Shown here: piece after piece, positions 13,301 to 28,300 of the stretch | Numbering within the stretch: position 1 is the first letter of the stretch | Layout: every line of letters starts with the position of its first letter | NCBI GenBank assembly: GCA_001643675.2 | Contig: LSRY02000027.1 | Location: 868,001-932,000 of the forward strand | Source of the DNA: Monocercomonoides exilis PA203 | Taxonomy: Eukaryota > Protista > Preaxostyla | Length of the DNA stretch: 64,000 nucleotides | Direction of reading: 5' to 3' | The notes under the pieces: model-generated | The model's input: the letters and a program-made list of their open reading frames with translations, nothing else | Database searches by the model: none | What the model was told of the DNA's origin: nothing | Translations under genes and position numbers: made by a program

Positions 13301-16300
13301 TCAGATCCATTTAATTCATTAAAACAATTTAAGGAGACAAATCTAAATTCTGTTGGACTAGTAACATTGAAATAGCTATTAATAATCATTTCGCCTCTTT
13401 CCTCCAAATTTTGAAGCTCTTTGTTCAATGCTCGATGGGACAATGCTGCTGGTAATTCAGAAGTTATAACATAATCACCAATGACAAAGTCAACTCTACG
13501 CGAAACGATACACCAATCTTTCAGATAAACTTTGTGCTTTCTACTTTGCCTATTTATAGCATGAACTATTTCTCCACATGGATATCCAGCGAACCCGCAA
13601 ACAGATCCATTGACACCTGTTTCTCCGCTTAAATAAATCCAATCAGGTGTGGAATCCAAACAATATTTCAAAGGAAGTGTTAGATTTTCTTCGTTCCTAT
13701 CCATTCCAATGTAATCTTCGTTGGTGCTTTCAGAAAACCGATCTGGACTGTAAAATGCAAATGTTGTTCTGTTAACAACACGCAAAAGACTGTTTGCAGA
13801 AATGAAAATGTTCCTTCCGTATTCAGCATTATTTGCAGTAAAATGAGGAGTACTTATAGAAAAGAGCGCTTGTTCATTTACTACAAATAAAGATACTCCT
13901 CCTCCCTTTCCATTTGATCCGCTGCTAAAAGGTGCCGTGCAAAATTCAAATGAATTATTCTCAAGCACAAACCCTATATGACTTGTGACATTCACAAATA
14001 AACCTCCTCCAGAGCTATCTCCCGAACTAAAATGCTCAGGTTTTTGTCCTGCTCCTAAAGTGTTAGTCACGGAGCAATTCGAAAAAAGGCAAGACAAAAT
14101 TCTAACCGATTGATCAGTTCTTGAATCTTCCTCGTTCCACGGTAAAGTGTTGCAAACATATAAACATCCTCCATGCGATTTTTTGTTCATAACTCTCGTG
14201 AAATTTGTGCGATTAAAACTGCATTTGCTCCATTCTTCAATTCCAATTAGAGAAGTATTTGTACAAACCACATCAGATATATTTGTGTTTTCGATATTTA
14301 ATTGTTTCACAGATACCACACGAATTAACTTATCGCTCAAATACAACGGGCAATTTGGTATAGAAAAGTTAGTTATGTTCACATTTGTATTCGCTCCATT
14401 TGCATCAATAAAGATTTTTTTAAGTGTAGCATACGATGAAATTTCATTTGATGATTTTGCTGTTAGAGCGATAAATGTCTGAGTGGTAGATAAGACTGTA
14501 AATGCGAATGAATCAATTTGAAGCGTTCCTTCACTGACAGAAATAAATTTTATTGGAACAACTTTATTTAAACTGACACCAAATTTGCATTCCTTTAATC
14601 TTGTTGTCCCACTTTTAACTGATATAAATGATGATGGCAATTCCTTGTTTGACAATACACTAAATATAATTCTGCTAATTGTTAATCTGTAAGAGCTAAT
14701 AATTGCAGATTGCGTTAAGGTGTGGTTTGACGGAAGTTCAAGCTTCACAGTATTGTTCAGCTCTGAAGGCATGAGTGCAAGTTCTCCCTCAGAAGGCTCA
14801 AACGATGATGTTATTGACAAATCGTCTTTGATGCCAACGATGGACTGATTGAGACGACGCTGGCTTGCACTGTGTCGAATTGTAGCACATGGGTAAAAAC
14901 TGAATCCGCATGCAGAATTATCATTTCCTGATTGAGAAACAAACACTGTCGTTGCATTCTGATCAATTAGATAATAAACAAGAGGAATTGAGTCAACGTT
15001 AACGAACTCATCAAATCCTTCCAATGAGAAATTTGAAGTTAATAAAACATCAGGATGACTATTTGTTACAAAAGGTAACGATTCCTTATGTATTGTCTGA
15101 GGTAAATTGAACGATGTGACAAATAAATCTCTTCCATAAACTGCTTTATTAACTTCTGCGTCATTCAAAGGAGGGAAGTAAGTTAATGATCCAATGGAAA
15201 ATAATTGATATGCCACAATTTCTGATTCTGTCTCTTGAGTCTCTTCTGTTTCTGCACCAGACCTGGTTTTGAGATTCAAATATATTGCTCCTCCTTTTCC
15301 TTTATAATCATTCTCATTTGTAACTGAACATCGCAAAAATCGACAATAATTCATCTTTAGACTGTCTTCTTCATAAAGGAAAGCAGAGATTGATCCTCCA
15401 TTGCATTTTCCAGATTCAGAATTTTGAGTTACGCTGCAATTTGTAAAATTCGATTTGGTTATTATTATAGTTTTTTGATCAGCTTCATTGAAAAATTCAT
15501 TGAAAGCATTTTTAACTGTCTTTAAAGCAGACATCTTGCTAAAATAATTGTTTTTGGTTGAATTATTTGAAGCTAAAATATTTGTTGAAGAACCATCAGA
15601 ACATTCAATTGAAATGCACGATCCATCTCCAAATGTTCGAGCAATGTTTTCAAATGAAGAATTTTCAATTGCAAACTCCCCGCTCTCTTCGATATATATC
15701 AAACTTGCATCGCTAAGTGCGATATTTGATAGCGATGATTGGCTTATCAATATTGAAGATTGGCCAGCCGAAGATAAAACTTGAATGAAAGAGCTTTTGT
15801 TCTCCATCAATATCTCGTTGACATTTATCTTTGTGAAAACAGCATTTGATGCAGATATGACGAAGAATGGGCGAGTAAAGGTTGGAGTCACAGCATTCAC
15901 AATAGAAAATATTGTTACATTCAAGCTACCACTTTCAACGTTTATCACAACCAAATTCAATTCGTTTTCGTCACCTGAATATGAAAATAAGCAATCTTCA
16001 AGCTTCAGATTCCCCTTTGATGAGAAAATGTTTAAAGTATCAGACGCTGCGTTTCCAAAATTGATGGAAATATTAGAGAAGCATAAGTTGCCATCGATGG
16101 AGATCACAGATTGAGAAATCACTTCAGGTTCTTCAGAAAGCTGAACAGAAAAGTCTGACATCGTTTCTTTATCAAATGAATGGACATTGACGTTCAAATC
16201 ATCTGAGACACTTAAAGCTTCTTTCAGAATAACACTTGAAATAACGCTAACATTTCCTAAGACTGTTAATGGGAGTGGATGGATCGCTCCGTTCAAATCA

Positions 16301-19300
16301 GCGATCTTTGCATCTCTTTTCAGCAGTTCGTCCTTTTGCCTTTCAATTGCATATCTAAGGGAGCAGCATGGGAATGACTTGAACCCACAACCGATTGAAT
16401 CGCATCCATTGCTCGTTACAAAAACTGATTCATTCAGCAGAAGCAAAAGGAACACTAGTGGAACTTGTTCAGTTGAAGAATGACCATTTCTTCCTTCAAG
16501 AGAAGAAGCATCGGCTTCATAACTCAAATCAGCAAAGCAAAGCTTGGTTGAATAATCTACAGACTCCGAAAGAGAAGGAGAAGATATGAACAAATCCCTT
16601 CCAAAAGAAGCCACATTCTTATCGGTATCAAAGTTTTCCTCTTCTCTTTTTGGATAAATAATGTCGCTCATTGACCAAGGAACAGAGGCGTCAGCAAAAT
16701 TTAAGAATACTCCTCCTCCAAATCCTTTTGTTTCATCTGACTCATTTGAAGGGGAAACACATTTTGTAAATGAACAATTTGAAATAAGGAGAACAACTTC
16801 GTCTGAATTGTTCAATTTTGATTGAGAAGCGATCGGAGAAAATGATTGAAGATGAGCATAAATTGCACTTCCATCTCCTCTCAAATAAACTGTGTTCCAT
16901 GGAGGAGTTATTGAACAATCTTCAAACGAACAATTCCTAATAACATATCTGTTTTGGTAATCAGAAGTTTCCGAATCAGCCGATTCTGCCTGATTAGATG
17001 CTTCATGAGGTTCCTGGATGCAAATTGCAGCTCCTCTTGTGTAGTTTCTATTGATTGAAGTGAATGTACAATCAATAACTGTAATTTCTGACCCCCATCT
17101 CACATTTAAAATAGCGCTGTTGTTACTTTTGACAGATAAAGCTGAGCAGCGATTCAAAGTTGTAGAGCCCCCCGTGTCACACCATATGATTCCGGCATCT
17201 TCTTCAGATGAAGATACAACGCAATCACTTATTTGAAAATCATTCAGGAAAAGAGTACATTTCTCTTTCACTTCAAATAGCTTGCTGCTTGCACTGAATG
17301 TGGTATTAAATACAATTAGAGAATGAACGTTGGCACTTGGGTTCGAATCATTTGCACTTATAAGTTTGAACACAATTGCAGAATTGAATACAGTCTTATT
17401 AAGAGAAGTATTCGCATTTGTAAATTGAGGCAGTTCTGTTGCAAATTGGGATCTATCAATGACAAATGTGTTCAAATGCAAGGTGCCTCCTGAAACGCAT
17501 ATAAGTGTTCCAGAAAATGTGTGATTTCTCTCAAATGGAATTAGAGTGCAATCAGATAAAGTGAGCGAAGATGACTTTAAATAGATGACAGACGAAAGAG
17601 TTGATAAAGAAGAAGGAATGCAAAGCGCAAGTAATTCAAGAGTTGTTGAGCCAGAAATCTCAAAAATTCCGTTGAAGCTATCAAGAGAAGATGGAATTCT
17701 GAAAACTAAATTTGCCTTCTCGTTATCTTCATTGCTTTTAATATTAACATTTTCTTGCGTATTATGGAAACATTCATCAAAAAGAATTTCATTAATAATA
17801 GAAAACGCTTTTCCTTCGTAGAATCTATTTGCAATTGAAAATGGTACTGTTTGACAAGGATATTCAACAAAAAAGCCGCAAGCAGATGTATCCACACCAG
17901 ATGGCGACAACAAAATCTGTGTGCTAGACTGGAATTTCGCATTCATTAAATAAAACAGAATAGGAATGGCTATCGTTTCATTGAACCTGTCAAATCCACA
18001 AAGCGAACTCCAATCAAAAGACAACGGAGATTCCGGTATTTCAATTGGATCAAGTCTGCACTTTTGAACGCTTTCTGTCAGATCTGGCGAATATACGAAT
18101 AAATCCCTCCCAAATCTAGCTTTATTCTGTTTCTCAACGAAATCACTTTCGTCTCTGTTTGGAAAGATTGGTGATGCGACAATCCAATTTGAGTCGCTTT
18201 CAGATAATTTTAAGTGAATGCCTCCTCCACATCCTTGCTCATTTTTGTCTTCTCTTGATGGGGCTGTGCATGCAATAAATGTTGAACAATTCACAATAAA
18301 CGACAAATCATGATTCATTAAACAATACAACGCGCCTCCAACTGCATCTTTTTCAGCTTCTTCTGCTTTCAAAACACAGCAATCTTCAAAATGGCAACTT
18401 TCAACTTTTATCACAATTGAATCTTCTGCAATTTCGCAATAATTTTCAATGTCTCCTTCTTCATTCCTTTTTGAAGAATACCTCACTGATTCAATTTCGT
18501 TAAAAGATAAACAAGAACCATCGCTTGAATAACGCTTGATATGTTTAAAAGTGCAATCAATTAAAGATAGCTTGCCATTTGCATTCGAAACTGAGATTGT
18601 AGATGCTGTTGTTAACTCGCAATTTTCTAAACTGAGCAGTGAAATACTTCCATTTTTACATCTCGTTATATCGATGAAAGACGATGAAGTTGCTCTTATA
18701 CGAGAAAAGTTTGAATTCTGTAAAGTTAAATCAACACAATCAATAATATTAATAAATGCACTTTCGCCTGTTGCGTTTATTTCTTCAACAAAAATTGATT
18801 CTATTTCGCAATTTCTTGGTTCATTCAACTCCACAAACGAACAAGACACTTTTGTCATATGAGTAACATTTGAATTTGCAATCGCAAAAGAAGCTGATTC
18901 CATAATGCTTATAAATGCGTTGCTTCCAATTAAATGAATCGAGGAAAATGATGAATTTTCGATTGATAAAGACGTTGCTTCTCCTTTTACTATCATTAGC
19001 GAACTGGAGTTTATTGAGATATTTAGTTCATTCGGATTTTCAATTGCGTCAGTTGCTGATAAATAAGGCTCAACAAAAAATGATTCGATTGTTGCCGAGC
19101 CGCTTTCAATTATCAAAAATGGATATTGCAACTCATGCGAAACGTCAAAAGCAATCAGATGCGAATTATTAATTGAAATTGTTCCTTCTGCCTTGTTGTG
19201 AATGAAAGATTGATGCTGATCAACTGACTGAGGGAGGAAGAAATCAATGTTCGTAAATGATAAAATTTTTTTGTTTAACAAAATTGCATCAAGAGCTTGA

Positions 19301-22300
19301 TCAACTCCGTTTTGTACAATAATTTGGCTTTGCGATTCATTTGAATTTATATTAAGTGATTTTGTGATAATTTGATATTCTTCTTTCACAATCACAGTAG
19401 AATTGACCGTCACATCACCTTCGACTGCTTCATCGTTTCCAGTCTGGCGCCAAATTGCCCAAGGAAGCGTTTGACAGGTGTAATTGTCGAATCCACAAGC
19501 CGTTGAATCGAATCCAAGTGGCGTTGAAACATAAATGGTTGGATGAAGCTGATACAAATAGTAGGGAAGAGGAATAACACATTCAGAATTGTGTTCATTG
19601 TATCCTTCCATCGATGAATGGTCAAAGCGATATGACTGCTGATAATCCCAAGTATCCCAAATGAAAGATAGTTTTGTCACGGTAGCATTCAATTCCGGAC
19701 TCGAAATAAAAATGTCTCTTCCTGAAAATGCTTGATTTTGATCAGAATGACCCAGTTCAGGGAAAGAAATTGGATTTATTTTCCAATCCAAAGCGCTTTC
19801 AACAGCATAAATCATGATCCCTCCTCCTTTTCCTTTGGATGAACTACTACCATACGGAGCCGAAGAGTGAGTTATTGATGAATTGTCAAACGTCCAACTG
19901 ACTCCAGTGCGTAATCGGGCAAAAATACTTCCTCCTCTTCCTTCGTTGTTTTCATTCAAAGAATTCTTTATGCAACAATTTGTAAAATTGCAATCAGATA
20001 TCGCGACTGTTTTTTCTATACCAGCAAGTGATGATTCAGGGAGGTCACCTTCCTCAAAGTGAAGACATGTTCCATCTCCTGATTCTCTGGCAATATTTGT
20101 AAAATTACTGTTTGTCATTGAAAATGAACGCGATGTTTCAGAAGTGATTAGAGGAGATGAAATACAGTTCATATTTGAAAATGATGATGATTCAATGATT
20201 AATTCTCCTGTTGTAGTTGAAAGAAGCGAAGAAGCTGGAAAGCTAATTCCGTCAAATATACACGATTCAAACGAAATGGATGCTCCATTTTGAATGAACA
20301 AAGATGGATTTTCGTCGGCTAATTGAAGCTCCTTCACTGCCATTCTTGTAAGCGATGTTTTTCCAGTTCCATTAATAAGCAAAAGAGATGATTTGTTAAT
20401 TTGAATTGCTGGAGGTGATGAGTCCTGATTTTTCTGGTGTTGCAAAGAGTTCATTATCCTCAGATATATGCTTTCTTGATGGACTTCATCCGATGAAAGA
20501 GGGAGAACAGGTACAATTTCGAAATCTGAAACAGTAAGAGACCCTCCAGTGACAATAAAGAGCGGATAACTGAGTGTTGAATCAGATTCAACTGGTATTA
20601 TGTTTGAGTTTTTAATTGTAAGTTTTCCCTCCAATTGAAGGAATAAAGTTTCGTGATTCAACAAAGAGGAAGGGGTGCATAAAGAAACAGAAGAAATAGA
20701 AATCACTTTTTGATTTGAAATTAGCCCTTTTAAAGAACCTTCTTCAGAATCTGCAAATATGAGGTGGCTATAGCTTTTCGTAGTATCCGGCAGGATTGAC
20801 AGGCTATCCAATAAACTGCTGTATTCTTTTTGGAGCACAACAGTTTCATTCACAACGATGATAGCTTTTGCACTCGTTGTCGTGTTAATAATTCTTTGCT
20901 CGATCCAATGAATAGTCTCACAAGTGTAATTCACGAATCCGCAAGCAACTGTATCAATTCCTTTTGAGCTAACATATCCTACTGGAACCTCTTCTTCTTC
21001 TTCTTCAAAATCAGAATCAGAAAATGATATAGCTTGCTTCGGAAAATGAATAATAAAATACCGCAAAGGAATTGATGGTTCAACATTGTTATTAAACCCT
21101 TCCAACGACGAGTGATCAAACCAATAATTGTCCGGCTGAATATCAGGAAGCGTTGAATCAGTTATCGTCTCTGTTAGATTTATAGAAGAAACAAATAGAT
21201 CTCGTCCAAAAGTTGCATAGTTCTTCAATAAATCATCAAGTGAAGGAAAGTTAGAAGTGGTTATCTTCCAGTCTGAAGAGCAAATCCCAAACTTAAGAAA
21301 GAGAGCACCTCCAAAACTTGGCTGTTCATCCGTCTCTTGTGCGATACACGCAGTGAATGTTGAATTTGAAATATCAAATTGGATTTCTGTATATATTTCC
21401 ATGAAAACTGCTCCACCTGAATTACTTGACGATTCAGAATCAATGCAACAATTCTCAAATGAACAATTACCAAGTTGCAGGTTTGATATTGCTGAATTAA
21501 TAGAAGATTCGTTTGTAGAATCACCATGTTTAACATAAATACAAGATCCATCACTTGCATTTCTGGTAACATTTGAAAACTTCACTTTTTCAATAGAAAT
21601 ATCTCCGATTGTTGACATTATAGAAATTGCAGCCTTCAAATTTTGATTGATAAATGATAAATTAACATCAGTGATTGACAAATCCTGAGCACCTGTTATT
21701 GATAAAATTGGAGCATAAGCTGAAGTAATTGTTGAAAGCGAGGAAGACGAAAGTGTTAAAGAATTTTGTGTATTCAAAGAAATAAGTGGCTTGTCACCAT
21801 TTGTTGTCAAATTATTAAGTATCAAGTTGCTCAACGAAGATGCTTCGCTTCCATCGATACATAACAATTCAGCTGCAAAATTAGAAACATTTGCAAATGT
21901 TAAATTGCTCAAAGTTAATGAAGATTTGTTTGTTGAATATAAAAATGGAGTTATGCCAGAAATAACTGTATTTGCCACAGTTAACTCTTTGACAGTGCAA
22001 ATTGCATTCTCCCCATCTGCAACAATAAATGATGTATCATTGAATTTCACTTCATTCAAAGGAATATCAGGTAAAATAGCGTATGGTTTTATTTCAAATG
22101 TAGTTATATAAGCCGAACCACCTATCAAGTTCAGTATTGGATAAGAAATTGGTGTAGAAGGATCTGAAAGGAGTAATTCACCAAAAGAAAGATACAATTC
22201 TCCGCTTTCTTGATAAATAAATGACTGATGCACTGGAAAAGAACAAGGAACGCAAAAAGATATCCCAGAAATGAAAAGAACTTTTGAATTGAAGATTACT

Positions 22301-25300
22301 CCCTTTTGACTTCCTTGTTCAATTTGTTCTGCTTGTAACACAAATTTTTCGTTGAGCGAATTTTTTTCGATTTTCAGTTTATCAAATTTGGAGGAAAACT
22401 CTTCGTCAATGACAACTGATTCATTTATAACTTCCAGAACAGGCTTTGACGCATCAACAGAACTGATTAGCCTCTCCTCCATCCATTGAAGAGTGTTGCA
22501 CGAATAATTCTCGTATCCACAGGCAGAAGTACTCACTCCATATATGCTGACATATCCAACAACAACTTCACTTTCTGAATCTCCTTCAATAAATGAAATA
22601 TTTCTTGTTTCAAAATCAAGTAAATAATAACGCAGTGGAATTGGATTCAGTATATCTTCACCATCAAAACCTTGCACTGCGGAATGATCAAATAACCTCG
22701 GATTCTCCAAAAGAGCCGCTTTCGAAGCTTCGCAAGAAAGCCTTTCTGGAGTAATGCTTATTGTCAGATTTGGAGAAGCAACAAACAAATCTCTTCCAAA
22801 TAATGCTTTATTATGCAACGCTTCATCATCCGAAAACAGCGCGCTTTCGACTTTCCACGACGCATCAGCACTAAGCAAATAAAGGAAGATAGCACCTCCA
22901 AGCCCTTTTGCATTCAGAGAGCTAAATGGAGTCGAGCAATTTACAAATGAACATTGCCCATCAATCAAGACAGAACACCCTAAATTCAGCTGCGCGTATA
23001 TGGCTCCACCACATCCCTCAACCAAAATGCCTTCATCATCTGAAACAGAGCAATTTCTAAAAGTAGAATTTTTTATTAAAACAGACGATGAAGATCCTTC
23101 TTGCCTGCTTCCTTCATTTAAGTTAATGCATGAGCCATTTCCAGCTTGCCTTTGAATATCAGTGAAATTACAACCATTAATCAGAAGCTCACTTGAATTT
23201 ATCGAGTTTATTACTGCAGAATCAATGATCTTCATAGAAGAAAAGAGTGCATTTTCAAATGCAACAGAATCGCTTGAATTAAGCAAAAATATTGATGAAG
23301 CTGCCTCGATTTTGTTAAATGAAGAATTACTTATTGAAAACTGGCATTCATTTTTCAATGAAATAAAGAAACGCTCCGACTCAACAGCAACAGATTGAAC
23401 TGTCAAATTTTCTATTTCGATTATAATTCCATTTCCATCTGCAGATAAGAAAGAAGCATTAGTAAATGCGAAAACATCGTTATTGTCCTGTTTTCTCCGA
23501 AGTGTTGGTTGAATTAAGACAGAAGGCGAGACGAAAAAGTTTTCAATATCTAAAGAGCCACCAGTTATTTGAATGAAATCATTTGTAACAGAATTTATAG
23601 AAGCTGATAAAGAAGATTCTTTAAATGTGAGATGCCCTCCAGCCTGCCTAATACAAACAGCATCTTGTGGTAATGATTCAATGCATATGCACATCCTAAC
23701 AAAACTCATTGCATGGCTGTTGCTAAATGCGAAAGCATCGCTGGATTCAGCCGGAACACTTACAGCAGCATTACTCAAATGTTCAGCACTGGATGAATGG
23801 AAAGTGAACTCAATCATTGGGTTTGTATAAGCGCTTATAATTGATGCATTTCCAACAACAGTTACATTGATATATTTTGCATCAGCGCCTTCAAATGAAA
23901 CAACTCGATCCACAGCAGCATTCAAAGATTGGCAAGGATAGCATATAAAGCCACATGTTTCGGTGTCAACCCCTTCTTGAGAAACATACGTCATGAGTAT
24001 CTTTTTCGTTTCTTCCCCTTCACCGTCGATAACAAAGTCTCTTTCTGTGAGATAGTATTGAAGTGGGAGAATCAAGTCTTCGTCATTTTTATAGCAACCT
24101 TCGTAGCTGCGGAGCAAAAAACTGGAGCATTCATTCAAAACATCGGAGAGATCCAAAGCGAATCTTTCTTTGGTTATAGTTTGAAGAAGGTTACTTGAAA
24201 CAATGAATACATTTCGCCCACATTTAGCTTGATTGGCATTCCCATCATCAGAAGCAGGGAATATTAACTCTTCAAGCAGCCAGTCAATTGAACTTGTGAC
24301 ACATTCTATAAAAATTGCACCTCCTCTTCCATTAGCATCAACAACATTATATGGAGCAATGCATTGCGAAAAATTTGAAGATTTAATAACAAATGTTGTG
24401 CCTTGCTTAAGCTGTGCGGCTACGCCACCACCTTTTCCGTTGGTTGCAATGTTTTCTCCAAATTGGATGTTGCAGCTGTAAAAAAGAGAGTTAGAAATTG
24501 AAACTGAACACAAATTTTCAAGTGAAATTCCATCTCCTTCTTCAAATGAAAAACACCCACCACAACTTGAACTGCTCTTCACTGACATAAATCTGCTGTT
24601 ATTCACAGAGAGCGCAGTGGCATAAGAAGAAGTGATGAGTGAGATTCCACTTAGAGTGAATTGAAAGAATGTAACATCATCCAATTCGAGTGTATCCGTT
24701 TGGATTTGTGATATAAATGATGACTCAACCGAACTGTTTGAGAATCTTGAAGAACTAATCTTAGCCCGAGTTCCGCTTCCAAGTGAAATAACTGGATTGT
24801 TTCCAGTAAATGAATTGTAACTGCATTGAAAAGACTGAAGAGAAAGAAATTGTTGTGCTTCGTTCAAATCGTTTGGAAGAAGGCTTACGATTGTGTTGTT
24901 AAATGAGGAATTAGTTATTGTAAACGAATCAAAGATTGCACTTTTTGCTGTCGCAACCGAAAAGAATGATTGCGCGCTGTCAAAACTTGATAAAAGAAAT
25001 GTAAACTTCGTTGTGAATGAAAAAGCTCCTTCTGTCAAATTCACAAAACATGAAGTTACTGATTGCTGTTTTATGGAAAAGTCATTAATTATAATTGTAC
25101 CGTCAATTCCTTCGACAAAAGTGTTTGAAATTGTGTTTGAAGAAGAGTTTATTGAGCAAGTCGTCAAATTCAATATGTTGTCAGATTGACGAATAATAAC
25201 TGCGCTTGATGGAAGATTTTCCACTTCAAAGTTAACTCTTCCAAAGAACAAACTTTTTTCATTGTGAAAAACAGTATTATCCGAACCTTCAGATGCAAAG

Positions 25301-28300
25301 TTTAAATATAATGTGCACAATTTAACTGAATTTGAGATAATCATCAACTTATCAACCAAAACATTGCAAGCATCACCAACACGAACATTTGTTTTGACTT
25401 TAACAGCAACATTTGTAGTGTCTTCTGCATTTGAAGCTTTCATCCAGCCGACTTCACTTGTAAGAGCGTTGCTTTGCCCGCGAATTACTGCCTGATTTAT
25501 TGAACTGCAAGGATACTCAGAAAATCCGCAGGCACTTGTTGGATTTCCATCAATTGATGCATATGCAACAGTAAAGGCGTAAGTCTTCTCTTCCATCTCA
25601 TCAATAAAATCAGATGGACCATTCCTTTTGTCGCTATTCTGAATATTGTTTGCATTAAGTGACTGCAAATATGAAGCTGGCTTTACTAGCAGAGTGACAC
25701 TTTCAAAGTCAAACGGAATAACATAATACAAAGTGGGTATCCAGTAATCTTCAAATGTATTTTCATGACATATCAATGATAATTTGTCAAAGTTAACGCT
25801 CAAATTTGAAGAATCAAGATCTGAGAATCGCTCTATTGTTATGGATTTCGTGAGATTGATTGATTCAATATATACATCCCTTCCAATTGAAGCTATATTT
25901 TCACCAGCTAATCCAGCAACAGGAAACTGAGAAGTGCTAAGCTTCCAGTTGATGTATGTCTTCAAGAAGTTCAATGCCACAGCTCCACCTTTTCCGTTCA
26001 TTTCATCAACAGATGCGCTGCATGACTTGAAGCTGTTATCTTCTATCTGAAGCGCAAAAGGCTCGCTGTCGCATTCTACAGAAAGCGCTCCTCCGCAACT
26101 ACTTGCTCCGCTGACTGTGCAAGTGATAAACGTGTTATTTGCTACGATAATTGAATCATCTTCATCTTCATTCATTTTCCTTGAATCAAATGTTTTCCTC
26201 GTGGGAGAGGAAGATAAAGTTGTTTTCCTTTTATTAAACAGAACGGAACCTTGCGAAGAAGTTGACTGAATCATTGAGAAATTGCAAAGCGAAAGTTCCA
26301 CAAAATTATTCCCACTACTTGAAAACAATGGATTTGCTGTAAGATTTGTGGATCTGAAAGCACTTTCAGTGCATATCAAAGAAGACTGATTAGAAAATGA
26401 GACGAAGGAAGTTTCTTCAAATATTGAAGATCTGATATTAAGTTTATTGATGGAAAGTGAAGAAGTGGCTTCAACAATTATAAAATCGAACTGTGTTTGA
26501 GAAATTGGATTGATTACAATTTCACTTAAAGTTGCAGAGCTTCTAGTTAATTGCATGAATACAAAATTGAGGATATTTTCATATGCCTGAATCGTGCAAT
26601 TGGATAATTCAGCAACGCCATTTCCAACTTGCAAGAAAGAAGACGCATTTAAATTTTGCGGAAGTTGAATAATCAATTTTTTTATTGCTAAATTGTTATT
26701 TGAAGTTATCATTCCTGTTGTTTGCGCTGCTTCCAACGAAGATATCCGAAGTATCTGATTTGTGATGCTTTTCCCGGCAAGCAAAAGAGCATACGATTCC
26801 GAAGGGACAAATTGCTTGGCCAAAACGACATTATTCATAACTGTGACAGTGCAAACAGTTGTATCATCAGGCACAACAGATTCAGCAGCAAGCGTCGATT
26901 CTTCCCAGCGGGAAACAGCTTGATGCAGGGTTTTGCACGGAGTTTCGGGGAAGCCGCAGGAAGAGTCGTCGTTTCCGCTCTGCTCGCTAACGAATATTTG
27001 GTCTTCGAGGCTTCGAAGATAATTGCAGAGAACAACAACAACAGACGGATCTAACTTGTCGTAGCCCTGGTATTCCAGTACATAAGGACACGATTCATCC
27101 GAAAGAACAAGTCTTCGCGAATTAACAGAAGATTTGATGTTATAGCTCGCGACAAACAGGTTCGATCCAAATTCTGCATTATTCTCTGAAAAAAGCTCAA
27201 TTCCATCAGAATTGTAAGTCACAATATTCCAAGTGGCAGAAAACTGGTCGAGATGCAAATAAATTGCCCCGCCTTTTCCGTTCAGTCCTTCTTCAAATGG
27301 GGCAGAGCAGTTGGTAAAGCTGGTGTCCTCAACTTTTGTTTCCATCATTCCTGTCTGTAAAAGCAAGCACACACTACCGCCAAGTGAATTTCTTCCAAGC
27401 GTTTGGCACGTTAAGAAACTGCTGTTAAAAAGATGAATGATAGACGCAACGGAATTTTCAGTGGGGCTATACACATCAGGCGCTATCAATTCGTATAATG
27501 ACTCATCCCCCATAAAAATACAGCTTCCATATCCGGTTGTCCTTCGGTTCTTCTCAAAAGCAGCTGTTATGCTTAGTAAAGATGGATTCAAAGCTCTAAT
27601 AACAGCACCATTTTGAAGATTAATTGATCGAAAAGCTGTTTGAATAGCAGATCCATCTGATTGTTCCGCACTTTGTAGAATCAACGAAGAAGTTGCTTTC
27701 AATTCAATAACATTAGTTGGCCCTGAAACAGTGAAACTATCAAATAAAGTGCCTTCAGCAATTAAAGTGACTTTTTCATTGCCCAGAATGAACGGGGATT
27801 CTGTCATTTTCACATCCTTGAATGAGCAATCAGTCAAAGTGACTGTAATTGTTGAAGCAACTGTGTTAATAAACGAGGCTAAGCCAAATGAAGGCGATTG
27901 AGAACCAATGTGGCCAGTAAATGATGCACTCCCCATTGAAAAATCAGTTAAGTGCAGTGATCCATCGGTTGCTGTTACAAAATGATATGAAATTGAAGTC
28001 GAAGATTGTGCCGTTAGTTTGCAATTCATCATATTCAACGAATTTGATGTTAACTTAATAAGCTGAAGTCGATTATTCAAAGACGACGGAATGCTAAAAG
28101 TAATTCCAGTGAATGATGAAGCTGAATTATTAAAGAGGATAAGTTCTTCTCGAGGTGTTATTGATTCCAGCTCTGAAGCTGTTAACGCTGCTATCTGAAC
28201 AATTGTAAGTGTGCTGTTATCTTCGCTTTTTGATTTCAGCTCAAAAGGAAAAGCATCTGGAACAATCTCTTCTTTTAGCAAAACCGATGTGTCCACCATA

